A stretch of DNA of 64,000 nucleotides from Monocercomonoides exilis PA203 (GCA_001643675.2 LSRY02000045.1:744001-808000), one strand, 5' to 3'; counted from the stretch's first letter, positions 25,249 to 37,789 are shown. Notes: generated by a model from the sequence alone, not told the origin. Program-made: numbers and translations.

Positions 25249-25599
25249 AAAATATTGACTTTCAAGCTTTTTTTGCACAAAGCATGAAAAAATCGATTCA
25301 CTCATAACTTTATCAATCATTCTCAGATTTCGAAATTAATTTCATTTTCATATCAGAAAACAGGTGTCGTTGAAATAAAAACATATAGTTTTCCAACATT
25401 TCGCGAATGTCAAAAAATGGACCAATTTATATTGTGTTTTTTGATCTCAAAAAGTCAATGAAAAGGGCATAATTTTGTAATGAAAATGCCTGAAATCAAA
25501 TATTTTGTCCCATATAGGTAATTTGTTGAACTGAAACTTCTTATTGAAAAAAATGCAATTCCAAAAATAATTGCTTATTTCAATACTTATATATTTCTA

Positions 25600-25840
25600 A
25601 AAAATTTTTTTCTATTGAAAAGTTCTAATTGTTTCATTTTCAAATTATGAAAAAATTTCATATTTCGATCATATTTTTGTTCCCTCTCACAAAATTTCGC
25701 TGTCATGAAAACAAAATATAGAAAATGTTTTTATTTAAATTCTAGAAAAGTTTCGTGAGTGGGAACAGAAATTTGATCGAAATATGAAAAATTTTCATTA
25801 TTTTATAATTATACAAAAAGAACTTTTCAAAAAAATTTGG
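25600..25840. repeat. Imperfect inverted repeat with ~95-bp arms (hairpin unit copy B)
   Basis: tgaaaagttc...atgaaaaaatttcatatttcgatcatatttttgttccctctcacaaaa pairs with tttcgtgagtgggaacagaaatttgatcgaaatatgaaaaattttcat...gaacttttca. Confidence 0.8.
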
Positions 25841-26064
25841 ACATCTGCATAAGTAAAATACATTAAAATACACTTTTCCTGTAATTTTTCGTTGGCCACG
25901 AGCTTGTATTAAGCCGTAGCCAGCTCCACAAAAAAAAGGGTGGGGATAAAATAGAAATCAGAGTAAAAGTGTTCCCCTACTCGTGAAATAGAAAGAGAAG
26001 AATATTTGGCGAATGCTCTATCGAATACACATCCAATAAAAAGTTTTCTTCCAAAAATTATTTA

Positions 26065-27043
26065 GGTTCATAATTTTATTAGTACCCCGTTTTTTATTAG
26101 ATCCTAAATTATTTTTCTCATATTGCTTTATATAGAAGCTTATACGCAATGAGAATAATTTTAAAATAAATAATATATTATCATAAGGTTGTATACCAAA
26201 TATTTTTGAAAATCATTTCTTTTAAAAAAAGATCTGAATTTTTTAAGTTTTATTTTTTGATCAATGTTTTGCTCGTGTTTCCACGAGTTTCTGAAACCAA
26301 GCATTTTCCTTGTTAGCATTGTTTTTAAACTTTTCTTTTTAACATTTTTGGTTATTTTATAACATGAAAAACTCTTTTTTTTCACTAGTTTTCACACCTC
26401 ACCTTTTTTTCGTAAAACTGAAATATTAACAAAGAGAATATTATTTACACCTTTTTCTTATGTTCAAATAATGCATTATTTAGTATAATATCATATATTT
26501 AAACTATAATATATAAATATTTGAGAATGACGAGTTTAACACGAAAAACAAAATATCATCTTTTTCATTTAGTGTGCCAAATGTTTTTTGTAAAATATTT
26601 TTATTTCATCACATATTTGTAACAAACAATAATGCATTATTTGAACATAAGAAAAAGGTGTAAATAATATTCTCTTTGTTAATATTTCAGTTTTACGAAA
26701 AAAAGGTGAGGTGTGAAAACTAGTGAAAAAAAAGAGTTTTTCATGTTATAAAATAACCAAAAATGTTAAAAAGAAAAGTTTAAAAACAATGCTAACAAGG
26801 AAAATGCTTGGTTTCAGAAACTCGTGGAAACACGAGCAAAACATTGATCAAAAAATAAAACTTAAAAAATTCAGATCTTTTTTTAAAAGAAATGATTTTC
26901 AAAAATATTTGGTATACAACCTTATGATAATATATTATTTATTTTAAAATTATTCTCATTGCGTATAAGCTTCTATATAAAGCAATATGAGAAAAATAAT
27001 TTAGGATCTAATAAAAAACGGGGTACTAATAAAATTATGACCC
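26065..27043. mobile_element. Fold-back / MITE-like element: 413-bp inverted arms (26068-26480, 26628-27040), 147-bp spacer, TA on both flanks
   Basis: Arms appear to be exact reverse complements; identical 74-aa spurious ORFs at 26161-26385(-) and 26723-26947(+) share the same symmetry axis. Termini are ta|ggttcataa and ttatgaccc|ta. No coding capacity. The repeat itself is clear; mobile-element status is inferred. Confidence 0.7.
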
Positions 27044-27566
27044 TATTGACAAATACTCATCATGATAAATTTTGAATAATAAGTTCAACAATTTTGAATT
27101 ATAAAAGAGGCAGTCGAATATCTTGCAAATTGGAATCTTTTATTAAGCATTGAAAAAAAGAACACGATGAAATTTCTAAAGAAAGTATTGTTTCGAAAAG
27201 GATTAATGATGTTATTCATATTTATTTCTTCTTTTCCATCTGGATGAAATTTGAATGGAAAGTGGTGATATTGACAAAATACACTTTCATTCTTTTCGCA
27301 AAAGAAAGAAAAAACATGATATGAGGTAAAAATGAATCAATATTTATCTCATACTAAGCAAAACAAAATTTGAAACTTCAATTTGAGTAATGAAATATCA
27401 ATCTCACAAATGTAAAAAAAATTAGCTTTGATATGTTTTCAATATTTCACTTTATTTTTTTTAAACAATATTCAAAGAAAAAAAATGTTAAACACCTGGT
27501 ATTGCCTTTCTTTTCTCTTTTGTTCTCTTTCTCTTCCACAACATCATTTATTTCAATAATTCACTT

Positions 27567-28855
27567 TTACGCGTCTTTCTTTAAGTCGGCACTTCCTTCA
27601 ACATCGTCCGTCTTCTCCATGCTTGATCCGCTTCCGTCAGCTCTTTCCGCACTAGACGACGCCTGCTCTTCTCCGGCCCTCTGGTCGCCTTCGCCTTCGC
27701 CTTCGCTTCCTGGACTTCCGCCTGCGTCCGCCCCACCTGACCGGATAATCATCTGAACGTAGCTTTGGCACACTTCTGGAATTTCCGCTGCCAGAGACGT
27801 GTCAAACGTGAAGCGCACGCCTTCTTCGCTGTCCGAAGGAATCGTATACAGAAACGTGTGCGTCGGCTGATGCATCGCCCAACCTAGAATCTGCTGAAAT
27901 GAGTTCGTCCGTGTCAAAGTCAACGGAATAATTCCATTTTTCTCGGGCCCTTTGTCCTTTCGCAGCGTGTGGATGCCCACTTTGTTCACTCCCAACAGCA
28001 CAGGAATCTGCTCTCTGACGATCTTGTCAATCACCACCAGCTCCAGCGCATCATAGAAAGTGCTTCCAAATATCTCCCCTTGCCACTCGCGAAGTCGCGC
28101 AAGATAGCGCAGCTTCCCTTCCAACTCTGTTGCAATCGGATCAAACGCCACACGCTGATATTCATCCAGAAGTGCTTTCTCCCACACAGCAGGCTTTCGG
28201 TACTTCAATAATGGAGCAGGTATAAATTTGTTTAGAAGATTACTTGAACTAATTGAAAAAATTTTTTATTTGAAAGAAAAATAAATAAATAAATAAATTG
28301 TAAAAAATAAAATTAAAATTTAATTAAAAATAAATATGTCATTCAAATATGCTACTACAAATAAATAAATAACACACGTCAGAAATCCAGCTTTATGCTT
28401 TGAAGGATCTGGATTTCCAAATGTGACACGTAAATCAATAGCTGCAAGCTCTAAAAATTGCCGCTCAGTTATTGGATATCGCCCACGCAACACATCTTCA
28501 CGAATTTGAATATATTCCATATGCACAACTGTTGGATCAACATTTTCTTCAAAGAAAAACCGTTTTTTGAACAAAAATCTTGAAGGAGTTATCAATCTTG
28601 GACAAAGTTCATCGGGTTTCAGATATTTATCTGCCACATGAAAAAAATATCGATATGCTAAGTCAAACACTACATGTGTTTTAACAAACCAACTTGATTG
28701 CCATCGATGATTGTTGATTCATATAATGCAAATGACTCAACATCCACAGTAATTTGCATTTTTTGAGCAATTTTTTGCACAAGTTCTCCAACAGTGGTTT
28801 CATCAGAAATGACGAATTTTTTGGTCGATGAATCTTCAAAATGAACGTCGATCAT
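27567..28855 (-). CDS. FERM-domain protein (F1-F2-F3 plus short acidic tail), about three exons
   Basis: F1: MIDVHFEDSSTKKFVISDETTVGELVQKIAQKM..FALYE. F2: FLFKKRFF, YIQIREDVLRGRYPITE....LAA, FIPAPL. F2/F3: KLRYL...FGSTFY, VLLGVNKVGIH. Introns near 28635-28692 and 28245-28377. An upstream exon is possible. Confidence 0.88.
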
Positions 28856-29265
28856 TAGAAAGATAAATTCTTGAAATATTTGTGAGAAAAAAGAAACAAT
28901 AAAACATAAGCAAAACATTTTTATGGATAATTATAAAAGAAATTATTATTTATCATAAATATTGTTAGCAAACTTTTAATAACAAGAATAAAATGATAAC
29001 AAAGATATTATCACAACCTGTTTTGGGTTGTTGTGATCATTTTAACCGAATCTGTAATCATTGCGATAAATGTTTCACATAAATAAATCTTGATGCGATT
29101 CATTTTTTTTGTCATTATGTTTTGAGCCAATTATCATGTGATATTCGAAAAAAATTAAAAAAAAAAGGTTTAAAAAATATTTCAACGCATTTCAAAAACT
29201 ACAAATAAACTTGTTAAAGATAAATTTTTTTCAATAGACTTAAGTCTCATCCACGAGGATTATAT

Positions 29266-31617
29266 TCACCACAATTTCCTATTTGTCACTTCTTCTTTTT
29301 TCCTCTTATATCCAAGCACCGCTGCAACCGTCACAGCCTGCGCCACCACAAACAGCGAGATAAGCGTTCCGCTCTTTGCCCCCGCCATCTCCCTCGCAAT
29401 CTGCCCTTCCTTGTTCTGTATCTCCCTCCGCACGCCTTCAAACTCCTCTCTCATCAGCCTCGCCTTCTTCTGCAGCACCCCTTTGATCGCCTGCACGCCT
29501 TTCCCGAGCTCCTCGTCAACCACTTTGTCCATCTGATCCACATTCTCCATCATCCCTTTCACCATCTTCTCATTCTCTGCTTTCATCAGCGAACCAACTT
29601 TCTCCTCAATCAGCTTCGCCACATCCTCCACCCCCTTTTTCGTCATCCGCGCCTCCTCTTTCTTCCTCTCCTCTTCTTTCTCCGCCTCCGCTGCTTTCTT
29701 CCACGCTTCTTCCGCTTTCTCCACCGCCTTCTTCACCACCTCCCCCTTCGCTGCCTCTTCTCTCGCTGCGTCTGCTATTGCGTGTGACAGCCTTTCCCTC
29801 ATCCCTCCTTCTGCTGCTGCCAGCTGGCTCCGCACTTCCTTTCCCAGCTGCTCCACGTCCTGCTTCGTGACGTACTGCGACGAAAGCGCTGAGGATGTGC
29901 CTTGCGCTGCCTGAGAGAAGAGAAGAGAAGAAGAAGAAAGTTTGGCCTCGAGTGACTGCAGGCGCTGGTCGACTTGCTGGAGGAGCTGCTGGAGGGAGGA
30001 GAGGGTGAGAGGAGGGGAGGAGGAAGAGGAAGAGGAAGAGGAAGAGGAGGAGGAGGAGGAAGATGTTGATGTTGACGATGAAGATGATTGAGGAGTGTGA
30101 GGATTCTGATGATGTGATTGATCAGATGATGAAGGTTGTGAAGATGGATTAGAAGAAGAAGATGGATTAGAAAAAGAAGAAGGAGAGGTTTGCATTTGCT
30201 GTTGATAAGAAGGAGAAGAAGAAGAAGGATTTTGTGAGCTGCCAGCTACTGCTGCTGGCTGCGGATTATTTGAATTGCCCTCTTCGTTCATGTCATTCAG
30301 TCCAGGCGACGATGTCGTCACTTCTCTTCTCTGATACCCTTCTGCTCTGTCTGACTCTGGCTGTTGCTGCTGCTGTTGTGGTTGAGGCTGGTTTGCTTGA
30401 CTTGGCTGATTTTGAGTGTTTTGAGTGTTTTGAGTGTTTTGAGTATTTTGCTCGCTTTTCTGGCTGGCGCCCTGATTTCCAGCACTTGCATTGATGCCCT
30501 TGTATTGCTGGGCATACTTCTCCACCCCAATGGGAAACGCGTGGATCTGATCAGAAATCTCCACGTCTTTCAAGTCGTGGCAATCGAAATTCTTGCCAGT
30601 CGAGGCCGAAAAGCCGAAGAAATAGCCCGCCGGCAAATGCACGTCCTTCACAAGCAGAACAGTGTGCAGCTTCGCATCTGTGCTGCCGACCTTCACCACA
30701 CTCGACTGCGGCTCTCGCACCTCGTCGATGGGGTGGCTTTTGCCTCGGATCGGAGACGTCGTCTGCACCCACAGCACGTCTTGCGAGTACGTCACGCGGA
30801 TGTGCACGGGCACGTCAGTCTCAACAGACGACACACGGAAGCTGCTCTGGCACCCGCCGATCTGCTGGGTGCTGCCATCTGTGGCGTGATCAAAATGCAT
30901 CGTGCCGTCATTCACGATGGCCTTGAAGGATTAAAAAAAAAAAAAAAATAACAGGATTAATTTAATTGCAGATGCATATTAAAAAGCACTGAATAATTAA
31001 AACAAATAGAGGCTCAATACCGAAATTGAAGGATTATTTCTAAAATATTTATTTTGAAAAATTTTTTAATTAAAAAAATAAAAATACAAGATTACCAACC
31101 TTTTATGCGCACTATCATATGTATTTAATATTAAAGCTAATCCTTCCCATTGATCTTTACTTCCATATACGTTTCCCTCTATTCGAGGTTCTTTTGCATA
31201 CCACATCACCAAACCTTCTGCTCGCAATTAAAAAAATATATATATAATATAAAAAAACATAGGAAAGATGTATGCAAACCTGCTCCTATTCGTTCAGAGC
31301 TCCCGATCTTGCGAAAATAATTGGAAAATTAAAAATGAAAATCATAATTTGAAGAAATTTTTTGTTTAGCAAACAGCAGCTTGAAAATTGACTTCCCATG
31401 TTGATGCTTCATTGGGGTATTTTGCCCACAAATGTCCTTTTTGTCCTTCCTTGTGTGAAGTCAGCTTTATTGCATTTTCAGTAACAACAGTAGACCCCAA
31501 TGAATCCCATCCATCTAATCCATCATAATGTCCTGCAAGGAAAGGACGTTTTAGCATAAGAAACGGCATGCATTGAGAAAACAAGAATAACGAAAAAAAT
31601 GAAACGACATTCAGCAT
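29266..31617 (-). CDS. L-type (legume-like) lectin cargo receptor, ERGIC-53/VIP36/Emp47 family, multi-exon
   Basis: Signal peptide MLNVVSFFSLFLFSQC. W..LGSTVV...IKLT....QKGHLW, GAEGLVMWY, VYGSKDQWEGLALILNTY, NDGTMHFDHATDG..QQIGGC, LPAGYFFGFSASTG...D.HD. Then a Q/S-rich linker, coiled coil, C-terminal TM (LISLFVVAQAVTVAAVLGY) and tail ending RKLW. Confidence 0.92.
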
Positions 31618-32016
31618 CTTTCAAACAAAAACTGAATGATATTAATTTTGGGATTTGATTTATGAAAAGTTTCTAAATTCAGTTTTTGCTTAAGCTTTAA
31701 TCTTATTATAAAACAAAAATAATCCTGATATTCATAAATAAGACAGCATATTTATCAAACAAAAAGCTATACTCACAGTTGTAATAAAAATTATATATAT
31801 ACAGAAATAATCCTTTATCCAAATACCAACAGCATAAAGGATTTAGTAATATATATGAAGAAACAAACTGAAAAATTAACAAACATACTGAGAAAATAAA
31901 ACGACAAAAAAATGAAATTCTGAAAAAAATAATTCAATTAGCCAATATAATTGCTAACTCTTTTTTCAACAAATAAAAATATCCCTCCTTAAAGATTAGT
32001 TCCAAAATCAAAAATT

Positions 32017-33396
32017 TCATGCTTTAACCCAAATTTGTGGTTGTCCGTTGTTGATGCGTACTTCGAGACCATCAGAAATTGTTTGAGTGTTTCCAGAAAA
32101 TATTTCTCTAACTCTTTCTCCTCTGTTAAATGGAGTGTATGTCAGTTTGCGTTGAACATTTCCATCATATTGATTTGTTGTACATACAAGTGTGGTTCCG
32201 CGGGAGAAAGCATAAAATTGATCATCAATGTATCTTTCAATTTGAGGCTCTCTGGAATTAATTCTTTGTCTTTGCTTTGCGGCTGTTGAAATAAATCTGT
32301 ACAATTCGTGATTCTTATTCCATCCAGCTCTCCATAATGGCTCTCTGTTATTTGGATCATCTCCTCCATTGAATCCTTGCTCAGTTCCATAGTACACAAG
32401 TGGAATGGAAGAAGCCATGATATTGTAAGCAAGCGCATTCTTTAACGCTCTCCAATCACCGTTAATGTTCAACCATCGTTTGTTGTCGTGATTATCAATA
32501 AATCCTCCTAAAATGCTGGCATCAATTCCAACATTTGCATATTCATTCAATCTGTTTCTAATTTGGTAGCATGATTGATGGTAAGCATAAACATTGATTA
32601 AAGTGTAGTACATTGGATATGACAATTGACCTCCCATCACGTCATAATAAGGTTTCAAATAATTAACGTTTCCGTCAAAGACTTCACCAAGCATGTAAAT
32701 ATTTGGTACACGTTGAGAGAGTTCGCCCCAGAACCACTTTGGAACATGTTTCACTGTATCAATACGAATTCCATCAAGATTGTATTCCTTGATTATCCAT
32801 TGGCACCACTTAATCAGCTCGTCTTTAACCCAACTATTTTCCTGTTTCAAATCTGGGAGATCTGCAACTCTGCAATTCTCAATTTTCCATTGATCGCTGT
32901 AATCAATTGAACACCAATCATGATAATGCTCTGCTCTGTCAAATGGTTTAATTCTGCCAAAATCTGTTCCAACTGGTCCAACATGATTGAAAACCAAATC
33001 AACCATCACCCAAATATCACGTTTTTTGCATTCATTTATCAAGTTGCGTAAATCGCTTTCCGATCCGAAATTAGTATTCAATGCATAAAAATTTGTTGCG
33101 TGGTAGCCATGATATGATCCTTGAGTATTTTCTACGATTGGTGAAATCCAAATCGCGTTCATGCCAAGATCTTGGATGTAATCCAAATGATTCATTATTC
33201 CTCTGTATGATCCACCGCAATAATTCCCAAGATTACATGAATAGTTATTATTATCGCTTCTTGCAAAACGATCAGTTAAAATTTGATATATGATACGCGT
33301 CTTCCAGTCATCATATGATCTTCCAACAACAATTTCATTTGTATCATTTGCAGCACTCACAAACAAAATTGATAAAAATCCCAAAAAGTACAACAT
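32017..33396 (-). CDS. Secreted alpha-amylase, GH13 (eukaryotic Taka-amylase/GH13_1-like)
   Basis: Signal peptide; W..RIIYQILTDRFAR, YCGG..GI..HLDYIQDLG.NAIWISP, YHGY, MVDLVFNH, LPDL. Catalytic DGIRIDTVKH, GEVF and FIDNHD; YYGTEQ..GG.DP.NRE.LW. Intronless. Confidence 0.96.
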   Translation of the reverse strand: MLYFLGFLSILFVSAANDTNEIVVGRSYDDWKTRIIYQILTDRFARSDNNNYSCNLGNYCGGSYRGIMNHLDYIQDLGMNAIWISPIVENTQGSYHGYHATNFYALNTNFGSESDLRNLINECKKRDIWVMVDLVFNHVGPVGTDFGRIKPFDRAEHYHDWCSIDYSDQWKIENCRVADLPDLKQENSWVKDELIKWCQWIIKEYNLDGIRIDTVKHVPKWFWGELSQRVPNIYMLGEVFDGNVNYLKPYYDVMGGQLSYPMYYTLINVYAYHQSCYQIRNRLNEYANVGIDASILGGFIDNHDNKRWLNINGDWRALKNALAYNIMASSIPLVYYGTEQGFNGGDDPNNREPLWRAGWNKNHELYRFISTAAKQRQRINSREPQIERYIDDQFYAFSRGTTLVCTTNQYDGNVQRKLTYTPFNRGERVREIFSGNTQTISDGLEVRINNGQPQIWVKA

Positions 33397-33915
33397 CTCA
33401 AACACAAGCGAATCTTATAAGCAATTTAAGGTTTTCAGATCATTGTTTTGTTATTCCGTTTGACCATTTCTTTTCATTTTGAACTTGATAAATATGATGT
33501 TAGCGATTTCCAAAAGAAAACCAGGAATTTCCTTTAATAAATATATATTTTCGATATTAAGATGGTTTTGATCACAATGAAAATAATAATCAAAAATGAT
33601 ATTTGACCCAAATATTAGCGATAATTTATCTTTAGTTGATAATTTTGACGTTAAAGATAATGTATTTTCCTATTTTTATTGATTTAGAACTTTTTTTTAA
33701 AAAATTTCCTGAATTAGTATTATCAACAATTTCCACAAAAATCTGATTATCAAAGCAGAGAAACTTATCGTTTAAACGGAAGCTTTGCAAATTATCTTCT
33801 TGGAAACGTAGATTCAGATTCAGAGGATATTTCTGCTTCATCTTCAGATTCACTTCGAAACGAACAAGAAAGTTCAAGTAGTCAGGAACTTTTAGAATCA
33901 ATCAAATTAACTCAC

Positions 33916-36900
33916 ATGAGAGCGCGAAAAAAGAATTTCGAAATATTAATATCTAGTGATTCTGGATTTGAAGAAAAATCATCAAAAAAGAAATTTTTTT
34001 TCCCACGAAAGAAATCGAAACAAAACCGAAAATTGAACAAAAAACTCAGAAGTAATGATCAACTGACCTATCCAATATATACTCATAAATCATCTGAAGA
34101 TGGTTCCATTAATAATGCGTCTCAAATTCAAATGTTCCGTTCTGCCTCACTTTACTTTGCAACGAAATTTTCATACAAAACTTTGAAGTTCCCAATACTG
34201 TTATGTTCTCCTTCACTTTCCACCGTTGATTCTGAATCTTCTCCATTCTCTGTTGCACAAGTGGCTTGCTCAAACATCAACCTTCCCAAATTGTGGTGCG
34301 TTATTCCTGTCGATCCAAGAGCAGAGTCTGTGTGTGTGAAATGCCGCTTGGTTGACTACAATCAGCTGCTGGTGACTGGCTTCCAAGCCTTTTTCAACCA
34401 CGGCTCGCTGCTTGTCCACGCAGTGGTGGTGCTTGACTGCGACAACGACGACGACAATGCAGAAGAAGAAGAAGGAGAAGGCAAAGAAGGCGAAGGGATC
34501 AGAAGCAGCAGCAGTAGCGGAGGAGGGGGTGCGAACGATATGCTGGATGACAGTGACTACGATTTCGAGGACGAGCTGTTTGATTTTGGAGGAGAAGGAA
34601 GAGGAAGAGGAGAAGGGAGTCCGTCATTGGGCAATGTGGGAGTCGGGTTTATGGGAATGTCTATGCAGCAGGAGAGCAAAAGGCGTATGAGCCCAGAGAT
34701 GAGAGAGAAAAAAAGGAAAGAAAGATGGATGCAGCGTGTCTTGAAGACGATGCACAGCCCAAAAAGGGGGCGAGTGGCGTTTTCTCTGGTGACAGAGACA
34801 GAGCCTATTCTCTCTTCGTTCGGGGCAGATGGGTCAGTGAGAATGAGTGAGGAGAAGGAAATGCGTGATTATTCTGTTGATTCTTCTTCTTCTTCTTCTT
34901 CTAATTTCTCTTCCTCTTTAGCTTCTTCATCATCTTCCTCTTCTTCATATTCAAATGCAACTTCATTACTCCCATCATCATCTGCATCATTTTCTTCTCA
35001 TTTGTTCAATTCATCTGCTTTTCCTTCATCATCATCATCTTCTTCTTCTTCATTTTCTTCTTCTTCCTTTTCCTCCTCTTCTTTTCCCTCTTCTTCTTCT
35101 TATTCCTCCTCCTCCTCCTCCTCTTCTTCTTCTTCCTCCTCTTCTTCTTCTTCCTCTCTCTCTTCATTTTCTTCACATCATTTCGATCCACCTTTGTCCC
35201 CCTTCTCCCCTTCTCTTCCTTCTCCTTCTCTCATGTCTCCTTATCTTCCACCTTCTTCTTCTTCTTCTTCTTCTTCTTCTTCTTCTTCTTCTTCTCTAAT
35301 TACCCCTTCTTTTCCTTCTCCTCTTCTCTCTTCCCCCTTTTCTCCGTATCTTATCCCTCCTCCTTCTTCCTCTTCTCTTTCTCTTTCTTCTTTTTCCTCC
35401 TCTTCTCTTTCCTCTTCTTCTTCTTCTTCTCTTTCCTCTTCCTTTTCTCCTTCTCTTCCTTCATCATCATCATCTTCTTCTTCTTCTTCTTCCTCTTCTT
35501 TCTCTTCTTCCTCTTCTTCCTCTTCTCCCTCTCTCCTCCCTTCCATGAGCTACCTTTTCCCTCCCTTCCAAAAGACTCTTCTTCCTTCTTCTTCTCCTCT
35601 TCTCTCTTCTCTCACCCTTCTTTTTGCTTCGATTGTCAAAACAAGCGCTGTTTCTGTGCTGCTGAAGGCGATTTTGAGTGACGTGAATGTGGCTGGTGGA
35701 GAAGCGATGAGTGGAGATGTGGAAGAGGAGAAGAGGAAGGAGAGGGAGAGGGATAGAGAGAGAGGGAGAGAGAGAGAGAGAAAGGAGAAGGAGGAGAAGG
35801 AAAAGAAGGAAAGAGAGAGGGAGAAGAGAGAAAAAGTGGATGAGACGGAAGAAGAAGAAATGGAAGTGGAGGAAGAGGAAGAGAAAGAAGAGGAAGAGGA
35901 AGAAGAAGAAGAAGAAGATGATGAGGAGGAGGATGATGATGAAGATTATGAGGAGTATAAAAGGAAAAGAAGAGTACGGAAAGAAAGGAGGAGAAGGAAG
36001 ATGAATAGGAAAAATGGTGTGAAAAGAGAAAAAGAGGAGAAAGAGGAGAAAGAGGAGAAAGAGGAGAAAGAAGAGAGAAGGGAAAAAGATGTGGAAGAAA
36101 TTGAAAAAGAGGAAGAGGAGGAGGAGGAGGAAGAAGAAGTGATAAGCATTGAAATGGAGAAAGAAGGAGAAGAAGAGAAAGAAGAGAAGAAGGAGAAGAG
36201 AGGAAGAGGAAGAGGAGGAAGAGGAAGAAGAAGAAAAGAAGCAGAAAAAGCGAATGAGAAGAAGAAGAAGAAGAAGACAGAAAGAGGAAGAGGAAGAGGA
36301 AGAGGAAGAGGAAGAAGAAGGAAAGAAAGTGAGAAAGAGGAGAAAGAGAAAGAGAAGGAGAAAGAAGAAATGAGAAAGGGAAAAGGAAAGGGGAAAGGGA
36401 AAGGGAAAGGGAAAGAGAAAGAGAAGAATAGCAATGAAATGAGTGAGATGAATGACATGACAGAAGATGTGAAGGAAATCGAATTTGAGAGCATTTCATC
36501 AGGGTTTGATGTGATTGTGCTGGAGTCTGAGGCAAATGAAGAGAAAGAAGGAGGAAAAGGAGGAAGAGGAGGAAGAGAAAGAGAGAGAGAGAGAAAGGAA
36601 GAAGAAGAAGAAGAAGAAGAAGAGGAGGAGGAGGAGGAGGAAGGAGAAGAAGGAGAAGAAAGAGGGAGAAGAAGAGGAAGAGGAAGAAGAGGAAAGAAGA
36701 AGATAAAAGGCAATTATGCATACAAACCTTATGAATTTGCAAGGAAGATATTTGTGAGTGAAATGGAAAAACAAAAGAAAGAAGAAGAAGAAGAAAGAGA
36801 AAGAGAAAGAGAAAGAGGAGAAGAAGAAGTTGATGATGATGAAGAAACAGAGGTTATGGATGAAGCATTAACAAATAAGAACATAAACATGAATGAAAAA

Positions 36901-37756
36901 GAAGAAGAAGAAGAAAAAGAAGAAGAAGAAGATGATGATGATGAAGATGAAAAAATGAAGAAGAAGAAGAAGACGATGATGATGAAAGAAAGAGCAGCAC
37001 AAATAAGAAGAAGAAAGCAAGTGTTTGATTATGGAAGAATGAGAAAGAGGAGAAGAGGAAGAGGAAGAGGAAGAGGGGGAAGGAAGAGAAAAGATAATGA
37101 GATGATGATGAATATGGAAGAGGAAGAGGAAGAAGAGGAGGAGGAGGAAGAAGAAGAAGATAAAGAAGAAGATGGCATTGATAATGAAGAATACAACGAA
37201 GCAGGAAAGAAAGAAAGAATTGAAGCTATTTTAGAAGGAGAAGGAGACGAAGAAGGAAGAGAAGGAAGAGAAAGAAGAGAAAGAAGAAGAGGAGGAGAAG
37301 AAAATGAAGAAGAAGGAGAAGGAGAAGAAGAAGAAGATGATGAAGACATTGAGTCAACAGCACGTTTTTATCTTTCCTTTCAGAAGTTGCAAGAGAGAAA
37401 AGCGAAAATTAGAGAGAAATACAAAAATGACAGAAATATTCATCTTCTTCCTTCTTCTATTGCTTCTTCTTCTCTTCCTCCTCCTCCTCCTCCTCCTTCT
37501 TCTTCTTCTATTGCTTCTATTGCTTCTTCTGGAGAAGGAAGAAAGGAGGAGAAGAAGGAAGAAAGAGAAAAAGAGAAAGAAAAGGAGAAAGAGAAAGAGA
37601 AAGAGAAGGTAAGAGAAAGAGAAAGGGACAGAAGAGAGAAAGAAACGGAACAAGAATCATCTTTTCTTTCGACTTCAGACAAAAACGTGTTTGAAATGGA
37701 AGCAGAACAAGAGAAAGAGCAATCTTCTGAGAAGAAAAATTTGAAAATTAATATTC

Positions 37757-37789
<33 letters not shown>

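Noticed and set aside
24851-25840. CRISPR-like array or tRNA/rRNA genes
   Set aside because: Repeats are inverted, degenerate and irregularly spaced. No cas genes, cloverleaf or rRNA-like sequence was recognised anywhere in the window.
26161-26947. Two identical 74-aa ORFs on opposite strands
   Set aside because: By-product of the inverted repeat; K/F/N-rich translation of AT-rich DNA with non-ATG starts.
29018-29040. Upstream mini-exon (ATG ATC ACA ACA ACC CAA AAC AG|GT) for the FERM gene
   Set aside because: Its phase does not match the nearest acceptor, so the in-frame ATG at 28855 was used instead.
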